29,793 nt of DNA from a virus (IMGVR_UViG_3300020043_002555:1-29793); one strand, 5' to 3'; numbered from the stretch's first letter, positions 8,458 to 16,445 are shown. Translations and numbers: made by a program. The notes: generated by a model from the sequence alone, not told the origin.

Positions 8458-9444
8458 ATGGCAGAAAGTCAAAAAACAAAGTTAGCACGTGAAGTGCGTG
8501 AGCGTTTTCCTGATACCCCAACTTTAACGTTGGCCAAGAAATTAAGCAAAGAACATTTCGAGACTTTTATTGGAGTGGAAGATGCAAGAGATGCACTGCG
8601 TAGGATAGAAGGCAAGGCAGGGAATCGCAGTATAAAAGATAAGTCACTCTATAAAGAGAAAGAAAGGCCACGCAATCCATTTAAGTTGCCAAAGTCTTAT
8701 GCGAAAGGTCGCAAACACATTGACATAAAAGGCAAAAAGATTCTTATACTTTCCGATATTCACATACCATACCATGACATCGATGCATTGTCAACCGCTA
8801 TCCAGTGTGGATTAGATGAGGGTGTTGATACTGTTGTATTGAATGGTGATGCATTGGATTGTCACATGATTAGTGACTTTGTCAAAGATCCAAAGAAGCG
8901 AAAATTTAAGGATGAGTTGTATGCCATGAGGACTTTCATTTATGAGTTAAGGCAGACATTCCCGAACGCTGAAATCATTTACAAGGAAGGAAATCACGAG
9001 GAAAGGTATTGGAGATATATGCGCGTGAAGGCTCCTGAGTTATTCGACATTGATGCATTTGATTTCGCCTCATTATGTCATTTGGATAAGTACAACGTGC
9101 AGTGGATTGAAGGCAAGAACAAGTTGAATGTCGGAGGTCTATCCATCTTTCACGGCCACGAATTTGGTAAGCAATTTATACCATCTGTGAACGTGGCGAG
9201 AGGATTGTTTTTGAAAACAAAAGCAAACGCAATGTGCGGACATCATCACCAAACTGCTGAACACACAGAAAGAGATGTTAATGGTAAAGTTATCACGTGT
9301 TGGGGTGTCGGTTGTTTGAGTGAGTTAAGTCCTGACTATAACCCCTATTCAAAGTACAATCACGGATTTGCTATAATAACCAGAGGCAATGGAAAAGAAT
9401 TTCACGTTAAAAACTATCGCATTAATTGCGGGGTTGTGTATTAG
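8458..9444 (+). CDS. Calcineurin-like metallophosphoesterase with an N-terminal helical extension
   Basis: DIH, GDALD, GNHE, HGH and GHHH motifs. Confidence 0.88.
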   Translation: MAESQKTKLAREVRERFPDTPTLTLAKKLSKEHFETFIGVEDARDALRRIEGKAGNRSIKDKSLYKEKERPRNPFKLPKSYAKGRKHIDIKGKKILILSDIHIPYHDIDALSTAIQCGLDEGVDTVVLNGDALDCHMISDFVKDPKKRKFKDELYAMRTFIYELRQTFPNAEIIYKEGNHEERYWRYMRVKAPELFDIDAFDFASLCHLDKYNVQWIEGKNKLNVGGLSIFHGHEFGKQFIPSVNVARGLFLKTKANAMCGHHHQTAEHTERDVNGKVITCWGVGCLSELSPDYNPYSKYNHGFAIITRGNGKEFHVKNYRINCGVVY

Positions 9445-9697
9445 TTTTTACGCATTGAATTTATGGAAAAATTTATGCAATGAAACTAAGGTACAATATG
9501 TACCCCACAACGATACCATTGTTGTGTTGAAGGCGAGAATTGACACATTGAAATTGGAACGCATTAAACTAAAAACGATATATGAAAAGGACATTGATAC
9601 TATTTATATGTTTGATAGCACTGCCATTGATAGCGCATACGCAAAAGCAATTGAGCGACTCATTGAATTGGAGAAAGCTGGATTCTTTGCGAACTGA
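9389..9697 (+). CDS. Membrane-anchored coiled-coil protein, spanin candidate
   Basis: N-terminal hydrophobic segment followed by a helical region; in the lysis region and overlaps the next gene. Confidence 0.5.
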   Translation: MEKNFTLKTIALIAGLCISFYALNLWKNLCNETKVQYVPHNDTIVVLKARIDTLKLERIKLKTIYEKDIDTIYMFDSTAIDSAYAKAIERLIELEKAGFFAN

Positions 9698-9953
9698 AAG
9701 ACGATTGGTTGTACTGGGTGTACGTTCACTTGACTACTATATTGAAGTCAACTCAAATTTAAGTAAGGAGATTCAGTCACTAACCAAGATGAATGCAGTT
9801 AATGCGGCTTATATCGAACAATTAGAGGGATTAAATGAGGCATTAAGTGAGGAATTAAATGAGGGATTAAAGGCAAAAAAAAAGTGGCGCAATGCCACTC
9901 TTTTGATTGGTAGTATTTATGTATTTACTGCTGCTATTATTTATCTTCAATAG
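9582..9953 (+). CDS. Signal peptide, coiled coil and C-terminal TM protein, spanin candidate
   Basis: MKRTLILFICLIALPLIA leader, heptad region and C-terminal hydrophobic helix; overlaps the upstream gene by 116 nt. Confidence 0.5.
   Translation: MKRTLILFICLIALPLIAHTQKQLSDSLNWRKLDSLRTERRLVVLGVRSLDYYIEVNSNLSKEIQSLTKMNAVNAAYIEQLEGLNEALSEELNEGLKAKKKWRNATLLIGSIYVFTAAIIYLQ
9825..9872 (+). repeat. 4 x 12-bp imperfect tandem repeat
   Basis: GAGGGATTAAAT / GAGGCATTAAGT / GAGGAATTAAAT / GAGGGATTAAAG. Confidence 0.8.
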
Positions 9954-10137
9954 TTAAATAACCCACTACAACTCCAACACCTGTAATAGCGGAAATAGTA
10001 TAAACACATTCAGCTTTTCCGATTGGTTCCCAGTTGCATTTATAGGCTTTGTAAATACATTTTACTTCACCTATTAATCCTGCAATCATTAATCCTATGC
10101 AAAGGATAAATACAAATAATCTCATGTTATCTTTCAT
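9937..10137 (-). CDS. Small two-TM membrane protein
   Basis: 66 aa with two hydrophobic segments; AT-rich; last gene of the leftward block. Confidence 0.7.
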   Translation of the reverse strand: MKDNMRLFVFILCIGLMIAGLIGEVKCIYKAYKCNWEPIGKAECVYTISAITGVGVVVGYLTIEDK

Positions 10138-10142
10138 TTTAT

Positions 10143-10373
10143 TTATTTTTTTGATGGATATAATTCACTGACTTTATTTAATCTTTCGATTGATAAAATC
10201 ATACTTTTCATATCAGCTGCCCATTGAGGATTAATTAAACATTTTGCTTCATTAATCAATCGCCATTTAGCTGCGTTAATATGGTTCTTTCCTTTTTTAG
10301 TTAAAGTAATGGATGGCCCTGCTATGTATTCACAACGTATCGCCATCAATAATAATTCATTTCTTCTGTCCAT
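10143..10373 (-). CDS. Hypothetical protein
   Basis: Tightly packed 76-aa ORF, AT-rich. Confidence 0.6.
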   Translation of the reverse strand: MDRRNELLLMAIRCEYIAGPSITLTKKGKNHINAAKWRLINEAKCLINPQWAADMKSMILSIERLNKVSELYPSKK

Positions 10374-10376
10374 AGT

Positions 10377-10589
10377 TTATTTTTTATTGTTCATCATTCG
10401 TTTTAAGTAAATAGCAAAATCAAGAGCTTCCTCGTATGCGTGTTGCATCCATTCCTTTTCGGATAGATTGGCCTTATCCACAGTTGTGCCGTACTTAGCT
10501 CTACCCATTTTCTCTCTTGAGATTAGATCAGTGATGACCTCTTTATAGACATCGCTCTGGCAATTGTCAAAATCATGTGTTATATTCAT
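10377..10589 (-). CDS. Small all-alpha protein, possibly NTP pyrophosphohydrolase-like
   Basis: G..KYGTT...W..HAYEEALD...YL; the EExxD signature resembles the MazG/dUTPase superfamily. Confidence 0.55.
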   Translation of the reverse strand: MNITHDFDNCQSDVYKEVITDLISREKMGRAKYGTTVDKANLSEKEWMQHAYEEALDFAIYLKRMMNNKK

Positions 10590-10936
10590 AGTTTTATTTC
10601 TAATTTAGGTTGTGTTTCTTGTTGTGTACGGATATATTCCGTCAATTCAGGTAGCATCCAGTAGCCATACTGCGCCAAAACCTCTGTAAATTCGGACATT
10701 TGGCGAGTTATGTCTGGAAGCAAAGCACCATCCGCATCCCACAAAGCTGTGATAGTCTTGCCGTGTTCACGTTGAATAGACTCATTTAGCCTCTTTAATA
10801 GCATCTTAGTTTGGTGATTGTAGAACCATTTGATGCCTTCGCACTCATCTCCTGCGTAAAGTGATGCTTGTAACCACATCAGTAGGTTTAACACCTTGAT
10901 TTTTTCTAACTCGTCTTGCGTAATTTCTGTTTTCAT
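10586..10936 (-). CDS. Hypothetical protein
   Basis: 116 aa with ATGA overlaps on both sides. Confidence 0.75.
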   Translation of the reverse strand: MKTEITQDELEKIKVLNLLMWLQASLYAGDECEGIKWFYNHQTKMLLKRLNESIQREHGKTITALWDADGALLPDITRQMSEFTEVLAQYGYWMLPELTEYIRTQQETQPKLEIKL

Positions 10937-11097
10937 TTTATTTTGTTTTTAGTTGTGTGCCAGTACATATCGCACTCATTGTTTTTGAGTGGAACATTCA
11001 TAAAATAAGACTGCATCATTCCATCCTTTGCTGTGTATCGATAACAAGATTCTTTCATTGGGCAATCAGTGCCTATACATTTTGTGATGTCTGCCAT
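10933..11097 (-). CDS. Small 4-Cys protein, 54 aa (not in ORF track)
   Basis: MADITKCIGTDCPMKESCYRYTAKDGMMQSYFMNVPLKNNECDMYWHTTKNKIK; fills the gap after TerL and has an ATGA overlap with 10936. Confidence 0.75.
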   Translation of the reverse strand: MADITKCIGTDCPMKESCYRYTAKDGMMQSYFMNVPLKNNECDMYWHTTKNKIK

Positions 11098-11109
11098 ATT
11101 GCTAATTTA

Positions 11110-12396
11110 TTATGCGAATGCGTATTTACCAAAATTCTTTTTTAATTCGTAGAATGCCCTCATCATTATTGCATCTGCAAAGTCGGGACTGATTCCGTGC
11201 CTCTTTTTAAGGTCTTCTTTGTTGGTGACTCTCAATTTTCCATCACTATCAATCTTTTCCCTTCTAATCATCTCCAATTCCTTGACAATGGTATCTTTGT
11301 ACGTTGACTCAAATGTGATAGCGTTACTGCTTATCAATTCGCCTAATTTGAAATAGCAGTCACTTTTGAGATTCATATAGTTATCTCGCACAGATTTTGA
11401 TCCGTTAAGAAACCCTTTGCAATGGAGATAATCTTTCGCACCTCCCCCAATGCCATCCTCATCCACCAGTACGTTAGAAAGTCTTACGGAGTGATTTTTG
11501 ATAAGTTCATTGATAGTGTCCACAACTTCGTTTATTGGTTTGTGTTTTAACACCACAAACTTTTCAGCGTGTAAGTTATTCCACACCACAATGACTGTCC
11601 TATCATCCCCCATTCGTGCGATGTCCGCAGTGATAAATTTATCTCCTAAAGTAGTGGATGGTCGAAAGCATCGAAGTAAATCATCATATTCATACAATCG
11701 GTCTTTTGTTTCATCATAGTCCCAATCTCCTTCGAGTAATCTTTTGCGGTCAATATCGGGAAGCATCTGCAATGATTCGATATAGACTGGTGAGATGTGC
11801 GGATTATCCGTTGGGAGTGCCTGTATAAACCGTCTATCCTTTCTTATTGAGTTATTACGTTGCGCATCAAAGAACTCCCGATATAACCAACCTTTGTGGG
11901 GATTGCAGGTGAGCAATCCTTTCGGGTTATCATTAATTAGCTTGTAACGTACACGGCTATTCAATATGTTCACACACTTTTCGCTCACCTCACTCGCCTC
12001 ATCTACAAAATAATCAGTAATTTCCAGCGAACCGAATCGCCCAAAGTCAGGATCACTTGGCATATCCGCCAAGTCCATCAATATAATTTGACTTCCATTA
12101 AACCAATTGATAACGTGGTCTTGACCATTATAGGTAAAATGTTTTCCTGCGATTAGATTGTACTTAGTGCAAAGTTCAAAGAACGTGGCAAGAGTGGATA
12201 GTCGCAATTTTTTAAGTTCAGCACGGCCAATAAGTCCACGTGTACCTGGGTATTTAAGTCTGCGTTTAATTTGCCAATCGCAGCCTAAAAAAGATTTTCC
12301 AGAACCAGCACTTCCGCCATATAGTAATTGCCTACATTCGTTATCTATTGCAAGATAGGAGAGTGCCTCTTTTTGCTTATCGTGAAACTGAATCAT
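11110..12396 (-). CDS. terL: Terminase large subunit
   Basis: Q motif (DKQ), Walker A GGSAGSGKS, Walker B YFVDEA, coupling motif TCNP, and RNase H-like acidic residues (ADIARMGDD, SPDFADA). Confidence 0.95.
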   Translation of the reverse strand: MIQFHDKQKEALSYLAIDNECRQLLYGGSAGSGKSFLGCDWQIKRRLKYPGTRGLIGRAELKKLRLSTLATFFELCTKYNLIAGKHFTYNGQDHVINWFNGSQIILMDLADMPSDPDFGRFGSLEITDYFVDEASEVSEKCVNILNSRVRYKLINDNPKGLLTCNPHKGWLYREFFDAQRNNSIRKDRRFIQALPTDNPHISPVYIESLQMLPDIDRKRLLEGDWDYDETKDRLYEYDDLLRCFRPSTTLGDKFITADIARMGDDRTVIVVWNNLHAEKFVVLKHKPINEVVDTINELIKNHSVRLSNVLVDEDGIGGGAKDYLHCKGFLNGSKSVRDNYMNLKSDCYFKLGELISSNAITFESTYKDTIVKELEMIRREKIDSDGKLRVTNKEDLKKRHGISPDFADAIMMRAFYELKKNFGKYAFA

Positions 12397-12765
12397 TTAG
12401 AAAAGAGTTAGTTGGTTGGTTGTTTCATTTGGCAATTCATCACATAGCATCCTCAAAATTCCATCATATTTGCAATGGTCATTGTTGTTACCAATCAAAT
12501 AAACCAATCGATTCACACTTGCAAAATATGCCTCATCTTCAGTATCATATCCGTAAGCATGATTCAATACTGGCTCACTCCATCCTTGATTTAGACCTTG
12601 AAAAGTTAATCCATACACCCAACGGTTATTCATATTCTTAGCCCATTTAACTTGCGCAGTAAATTTTCTGATGCATTTGAAAGTACACAACTTTTCATTT
12701 TTGCAAACTCCATGATCGTTCCATTCAAAATCAGTTTGAACATTCAAATCTTCTTCTTCGATCAT
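12397..12765 (-). CDS. Hypothetical protein with a C-terminal QLTLF (clamp-binding-like) motif
   Basis: 122 aa, abuts TerL, ends in NQLTLF. Confidence 0.7.
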   Translation of the reverse strand: MIEEEDLNVQTDFEWNDHGVCKNEKLCTFKCIRKFTAQVKWAKNMNNRWVYGLTFQGLNQGWSEPVLNHAYGYDTEDEAYFASVNRLVYLIGNNNDHCKYDGILRMLCDELPNETTNQLTLF

Positions 12766-13529
12766 AGCGCATCCTTGATTTTTTGTTGCAATAAATGACT
12801 ATCCATAATGTCGGAGTAGATGAGCCTTGACAATTCGCACTGGTAATCATCTTTGAATCGTTGGCGTGTTATCTTATCCAATCTTTTGGCCTTGAAAGCA
12901 CTCATTGACTGAGCATCGAGTGTTTTTTTATAGGCCATAAATTGCCACTTCTTCCATTCATCTTCACTCCACATTTCATCACGGAGAATCTTTTTATCAT
13001 AGAACGTGCGAACCTTCATTGGTGCTAACATCAGGACAAAGTCTCTTTTGTTTTCCCGCCACAATCGAATGTCCTCATTAAAAGTATCAGTCCAATCTAC
13101 TGGTTGTTCATCTGTTGTAGATGGCAATTCGATTTTAGCTTTCTTTTTATCCAGTGCTAAATTCGTTTTCATCTTAAACTCATTGTACGATTTCAAGACA
13201 TCGGAAAGGAACGCAACCGACATCATATTGAAAGACTCTATACGTGTCCATTCACTACCCACTGCATTCAATTGAAAGGCAAGAGCCATCTCTCCTGTTG
13301 TGAGGTATGGGTAATGCGTCTGCATAGTCACGTAAAGAAGATTCGTTTCTTCATCTGAAGGTAAATTCTTGATGCCATAAAGGACTATTCCATACGCTAT
13401 TGATTGTTTGAAAATGGAGAGCGTTATGTCACAAATCTTCGAAGATTCGAGACTGGTTATGTATGCCTTTTCGTTATGAGTTAACCCACTCGTGTAGGCT
13501 GTTTCGTTGTATACGACCAATTGTGTCAT
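12762..13529 (-). CDS. Putative replication-associated protein (helicase-loader position)
   Basis: 255-aa helical protein directly downstream of an initiator-like gene; the function is inferred from position only. Confidence 0.5.
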   Translation of the reverse strand: MTQLVVYNETAYTSGLTHNEKAYITSLESSKICDITLSIFKQSIAYGIVLYGIKNLPSDEETNLLYVTMQTHYPYLTTGEMALAFQLNAVGSEWTRIESFNMMSVAFLSDVLKSYNEFKMKTNLALDKKKAKIELPSTTDEQPVDWTDTFNEDIRLWRENKRDFVLMLAPMKVRTFYDKKILRDEMWSEDEWKKWQFMAYKKTLDAQSMSAFKAKRLDKITRQRFKDDYQCELSRLIYSDIMDSHLLQQKIKDAL

Positions 13530-13848
13530 TGTGATTGTTTTTAGTTGTTACAAATTTAGTTAAGTCCCAAGCTGACCTCACCGCTGCCTTCCAATCTTTC
13601 ATCTTATTCTTGCCGTACTTCCACTCAGTGTTAGTGTAATGGCTAATGAATACATCAGCGAAATGAAGGGCATCTTCTGTGTTGCTATTGGGCATCCTTT
13701 CAAGGAAATAATCAGCGACTTCTTCAAGAGATGGCGCAGTGAAATGACATCCTTTCGATTTTGTTGGTTGGTTGTTCAACTGATTTTCGAGTGAGATTAT
13801 CCTCTGCTCGAGAGATTGAACCTTTAAGTACAAAGTATTCGCATCCAT
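13474..13848 (-). CDS. Protein resembling the C-terminal domain of phage replication initiators (124 aa; likely start 13848)
   Basis: FTAPSLEEVADY...F..HY...W..GKNKMKDWKAAVR motif; the upstream part of the 14082 ORF lies inside the neighbouring gene. Confidence 0.65.
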   Translation of the reverse strand: MDANTLYLKVQSLEQRIISLENQLNNQPTKSKGCHFTAPSLEEVADYFLERMPNSNTEDALHFADVFISHYTNTEWKYGKNKMKDWKAAVRSAWDLTKFVTTKNNHNDTIGRIQRNSLHEWVNS

Positions 13849-14338
13849 TTCGCAATTTTTGTTTAGTTTGTTCGCAATTATAACCATATTTTTCAAGAGT
13901 CGCAAAAAAATCATTTGCTGAATGCCTCCATTGGTCATCGCATTTGTACAAGTCACAGAACTTTTTAGCGGAATGAAGCGCACTGGAATGATCCATTCCA
14001 AACTTTCGACCAATGTCCTGCCAAGTAATCTTATAGTCGGCAAAGGCCATAAATGAAATGCACATAGAACGTGCGTCAGCAATGGCCCTTTTGCGTGTGC
14101 GTGAGATTATTTCTTCCCTGCTCACTCCAAAGTAATCTTCTGCACACTCAAATAAAATCTCATCCAATGTTTTTTTGGAATCGAAATGCACGATGAGCGC
14201 ATCCAATTGTTCAATCATTTCAGGTGTGGTATTGGACAACAATTCACGTAGTAAGATGAATTGCTTACGGGATTGCACGTACATATTGTCAACCACTTTT
14301 AATAACATATCATTCATCTTTACCTCCGTAATTTTCAC
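13724..14338 (-). CDS. DnaA domain IV-like HTH protein
   Basis: YFGVSREEIISRTRKRAIADAR...IGRKFGMDHSSALH matches the DnaA C-terminal signature. Confidence 0.8.
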   Translation of the reverse strand: MKITEVKMNDMLLKVVDNMYVQSRKQFILLRELLSNTTPEMIEQLDALIVHFDSKKTLDEILFECAEDYFGVSREEIISRTRKRAIADARSMCISFMAFADYKITWQDIGRKFGMDHSSALHSAKKFCDLYKCDDQWRHSANDFFATLEKYGYNCEQTKQKLRNGCEYFVLKGSISRAEDNLTRKSVEQPTNKIERMSFHCAIS

Positions 14339-14603
14339 CGAACTTTTCTCCGTATGTTTCGTTGTAGTATTTTTCTGCTTTTATTTCTTCAGATATATTA
14401 CGCATATCCTTCAAACCATATTCACCATTCCATCCCTCAGCACTTGCTTCAAAACCTTTACAATAATTTGATATTATCTGCTCTCGTTCCATTTGCTTTG
14501 CTTTTTGTTCTAATTTATAGACTAAATCACAAACTTCCTCTCGGTGCATGCATTGAGACAATTCATCATAAAGCCATTGTACTGCTGTTTGTTTAGTTTC
14601 CAT
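14310..14603 (-). CDS. Hypothetical phage protein (KQTAV.WL type)
   Basis: KQTAVQWL...AKQMEREQI...AEKYYNETY pattern that I recognise from Bacteroidota phages. Confidence 0.75.
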   Translation of the reverse strand: METKQTAVQWLYDELSQCMHREEVCDLVYKLEQKAKQMEREQIISNYCKGFEASAEGWNGEYGLKDMRNISEEIKAEKYYNETYGEKFGENYGGKDE

Positions 14604-14605
14604 AG

Positions 14606-14833
14606 TTACAAATAGTTTACTGGTTCGTGTTCATTTTCGTTTTCATCCACAGCCAAAGAGATCAATTCGCATTTGTCAACTCCAATCATTTTTGATAACT
14701 TATCAATGTGCTGAATTGACATAGTGATTGGATAGGTTTCATATTTGCGACCAGTTGGCCAAGTCACTCCCATCGCCTTTGCGAATTCGTAAGTACTTGG
14801 GTAGTGGGTTCTTATTAGTGTTCTAAATTTCAT
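14606..14833 (-). CDS. XRE/Cro-like HTH regulator
   Basis: EFAKAMGVTWPT..KYE...I.KLSKMIGV pattern, 75 aa. Confidence 0.7.
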   Translation of the reverse strand: MKFRTLIRTHYPSTYEFAKAMGVTWPTGRKYETYPITMSIQHIDKLSKMIGVDKCELISLAVDENENEHEPVNYL

Positions 14834-14868
14834 TCATCAATTTTTTAAGATATTCAACTAATTCTTTT

Positions 14869-14892
14869 GGGGTATCAAAGTTGATAACCCCC
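14869..14892. other. Intergenic hairpin
   Basis: GGGGTATCAA-AG-TTGATAACCCC(C) right after the SSB-like stop; no U-tract in the sense (minus) direction. Confidence 0.5.
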
Positions 14893-14893
14893 C

Positions 14894-15535
14894 TTAAAAA
14901 GGGAGGTCATCAGCGTTATTCATTTTGCCATCTTGGATAGCATCCTTGTAAGGATTTTCGCCTGTGGTTAAATAGATTTCGAATGCCTGAGCAGTGGCGC
15001 AAATCATCCCAATCTGTTGGTTGATGGGTTCGCCTTCGCCTTTGTGGAGATCAACTGCTGCCTTCAATGCCACAGCACGTGCAATATCTGCGGATTTATC
15101 TTCTTTGACAAAGGACTTTCCACCTCCATTCCACGCAGGTCTTTCCTCCTTAACCCATTTGATATTCCAATACTTTCCGTTCTGCGTGTACTCATAGCTT
15201 TTCTCATCCCCAACTTTGAAAGGAGGATCCTGAGTCTTAGCGAAGCAACCGCCAACATCGCCGTTTTCCATTTCGACCTCGAATTTGAATAGGTCTTTCC
15301 ATGTGCCATTGTTTTGAATGGACTTGATTTTACTTGTTTTCATCTGATTTTTATTTTGATTTTTAATGATTTCTTGATATTTCGCCTCAACATCATCGTC
15401 TATGTTGATTTTCATTTTGATTCCTTTGTACGCAACTGGTATGTAATGTTCTCTTTGAAAAAGATTCTCCCAATATTTTTTGCGAGAAAAAGATATCCTG
15501 CCGTTTTCAAATTCCTCCCAATGCTGCCAACTCAT
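14894..15535 (-). CDS. Single-stranded DNA-binding protein-like (core probably starts at 15343)
   Basis: OB-fold-like beta-rich core, Gly linker and acidic C-terminal DDLPF. Confidence 0.7.
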   Translation of the reverse strand: MSWQHWEEFENGRISFSRKKYWENLFQREHYIPVAYKGIKMKINIDDDVEAKYQEIIKNQNKNQMKTSKIKSIQNNGTWKDLFKFEVEMENGDVGGCFAKTQDPPFKVGDEKSYEYTQNGKYWNIKWVKEERPAWNGGGKSFVKEDKSADIARAVALKAAVDLHKGEGEPINQQIGMICATAQAFEIYLTTGENPYKDAIQDGKMNNADDLPF

Positions 15536-15705
15536 CGCTTATATGTTTTTTCGGTAAGTAATGCCTCCATTCTTTCAAATGGTTTTCTTGGTGAACTATC
15601 CGCAATGTGTTGAGCGATTGCATTAAAGTCAAGTTGCTCAGTTGGTAGACTGGATGACATCACACAGATGTATTTACGTGGGTAGGTTAAATCAAATTGT
15701 TTCAT
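15532..15705 (-). CDS. Hypothetical protein, 57 aa (not in ORF track)
   Basis: MKQFDLTYPRKYICVMSSSLPTEQLDFNAIAQHIADSSPRKPFERMEALLTEKTYKR; overlaps both neighbours (ATGA at 15535). Confidence 0.65.
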   Translation of the reverse strand: MKQFDLTYPRKYICVMSSSLPTEQLDFNAIAQHIADSSPRKPFERMEALLTEKTYKR

Positions 15706-15928
15706 AGATAATCGTCTTTTTTAATTTCTCAATTAGAATATCATATTCTTCACGACTCATCAACCATCTGCGCCCAGTGTCATCTTTCCATATTTTAAGG
15801 ATAGCGAGTAAGGCTGCACGTTCGTTAATGTTTAGAACAAAGATAGATGAGTCAAGCGGACAATGCATCTTATCAAAACCACTGATGTCTTCACCAATGA
15901 TCATTACTGGTTTTCTTTGATTTCCCAT
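15692..15928 (-). CDS. Hypothetical protein
   Basis: 78 aa, packed in the early operon. Confidence 0.6.
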   Translation of the reverse strand: MGNQRKPVMIIGEDISGFDKMHCPLDSSIFVLNINERAALLAILKIWKDDTGRRWLMSREEYDILIEKLKKTIIYETI

Positions 15929-15931
15929 AAC

Positions 15932-16132
15932 TTAAATGATTTGAAAGATAAATGCCTCAACTCCATTAACGTGATACGTTCCTGAATAAGCATGGCAGTA
16001 ACCGTGTTCATCAGTATGGTATTTGATACCGCGTTGGTTAGCGTAATCCATAACAGTAGCGTTCGCCTGCTCCAATGATTCGCAGTTGATGGCTTGTTGA
16101 TGAAAGCCCTTGAAAATGTGAACTTGATACAT
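15932..16132 (-). CDS. Hypothetical protein
   Basis: 66 aa with an A/C-rich leader (AAACAAATAACAAAAACAAAACACT-ATG). Confidence 0.7.
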   Translation of the reverse strand: MYQVHIFKGFHQQAINCESLEQANATVMDYANQRGIKYHTDEHGYCHAYSGTYHVNGVEAFIFQII

Positions 16133-16189
16133 AGTGTTTTGTTTTTGTTATTTGTTTGTGCGTTGTGGATGCGCACCCCCCATTTTTAT

Positions 16190-16417
16190 TTAAGCTACGT
16201 CAACAAAAATCATTGTGTAGTCTATTTCTGAATCATAAGAACCTTCAATCATTGCGTTAGAAGATTTGAAAAAGTTAATGATATTATTCATTGCTTTTGC
16301 GTTTTGACCTTCAAAGTGAAAGGTGAAAGCTTTTTTATCTCTGATTGACATATCTACATTGATACCAGCAACTGTTGAGATCATTTGCTTAACTTGATTG
16401 ATTCTTTGTGTTTGCAT
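16190..16417 (-). CDS. Hypothetical protein, first gene of the leftward operon
   Basis: 75 aa directly downstream of a consensus promoter and an AAACAA-rich leader. Confidence 0.75.
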   Translation of the reverse strand: MQTQRINQVKQMISTVAGINVDMSIRDKKAFTFHFEGQNAKAMNNIINFFKSSNAMIEGSYDSEIDYTMIFVDVA

Positions 16418-16445
16418 TTGTTTAATTGTTTCGTTGTTTGTTTGG

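Noticed and set aside
10474-10482. Perfect DnaA box TTATCCACA
   Set aside because: A single copy within coding sequence (T-V-D-K codons), compatible with chance in 30 kb.
13849-14082. Long N-terminus of ORF 13474..14082, or a frameshift fusion at the T7 run (about 13904-13910)
   Set aside because: It lies wholly inside the DnaA-IV gene. Joining the two would need a +1 shift, and the -1 frame stops within a few codons.
15904-16176. 90-aa GTG ORF on the minus strand
   Set aside because: It overlaps the better 15932..16132 gene and translates the A/C-rich leader.
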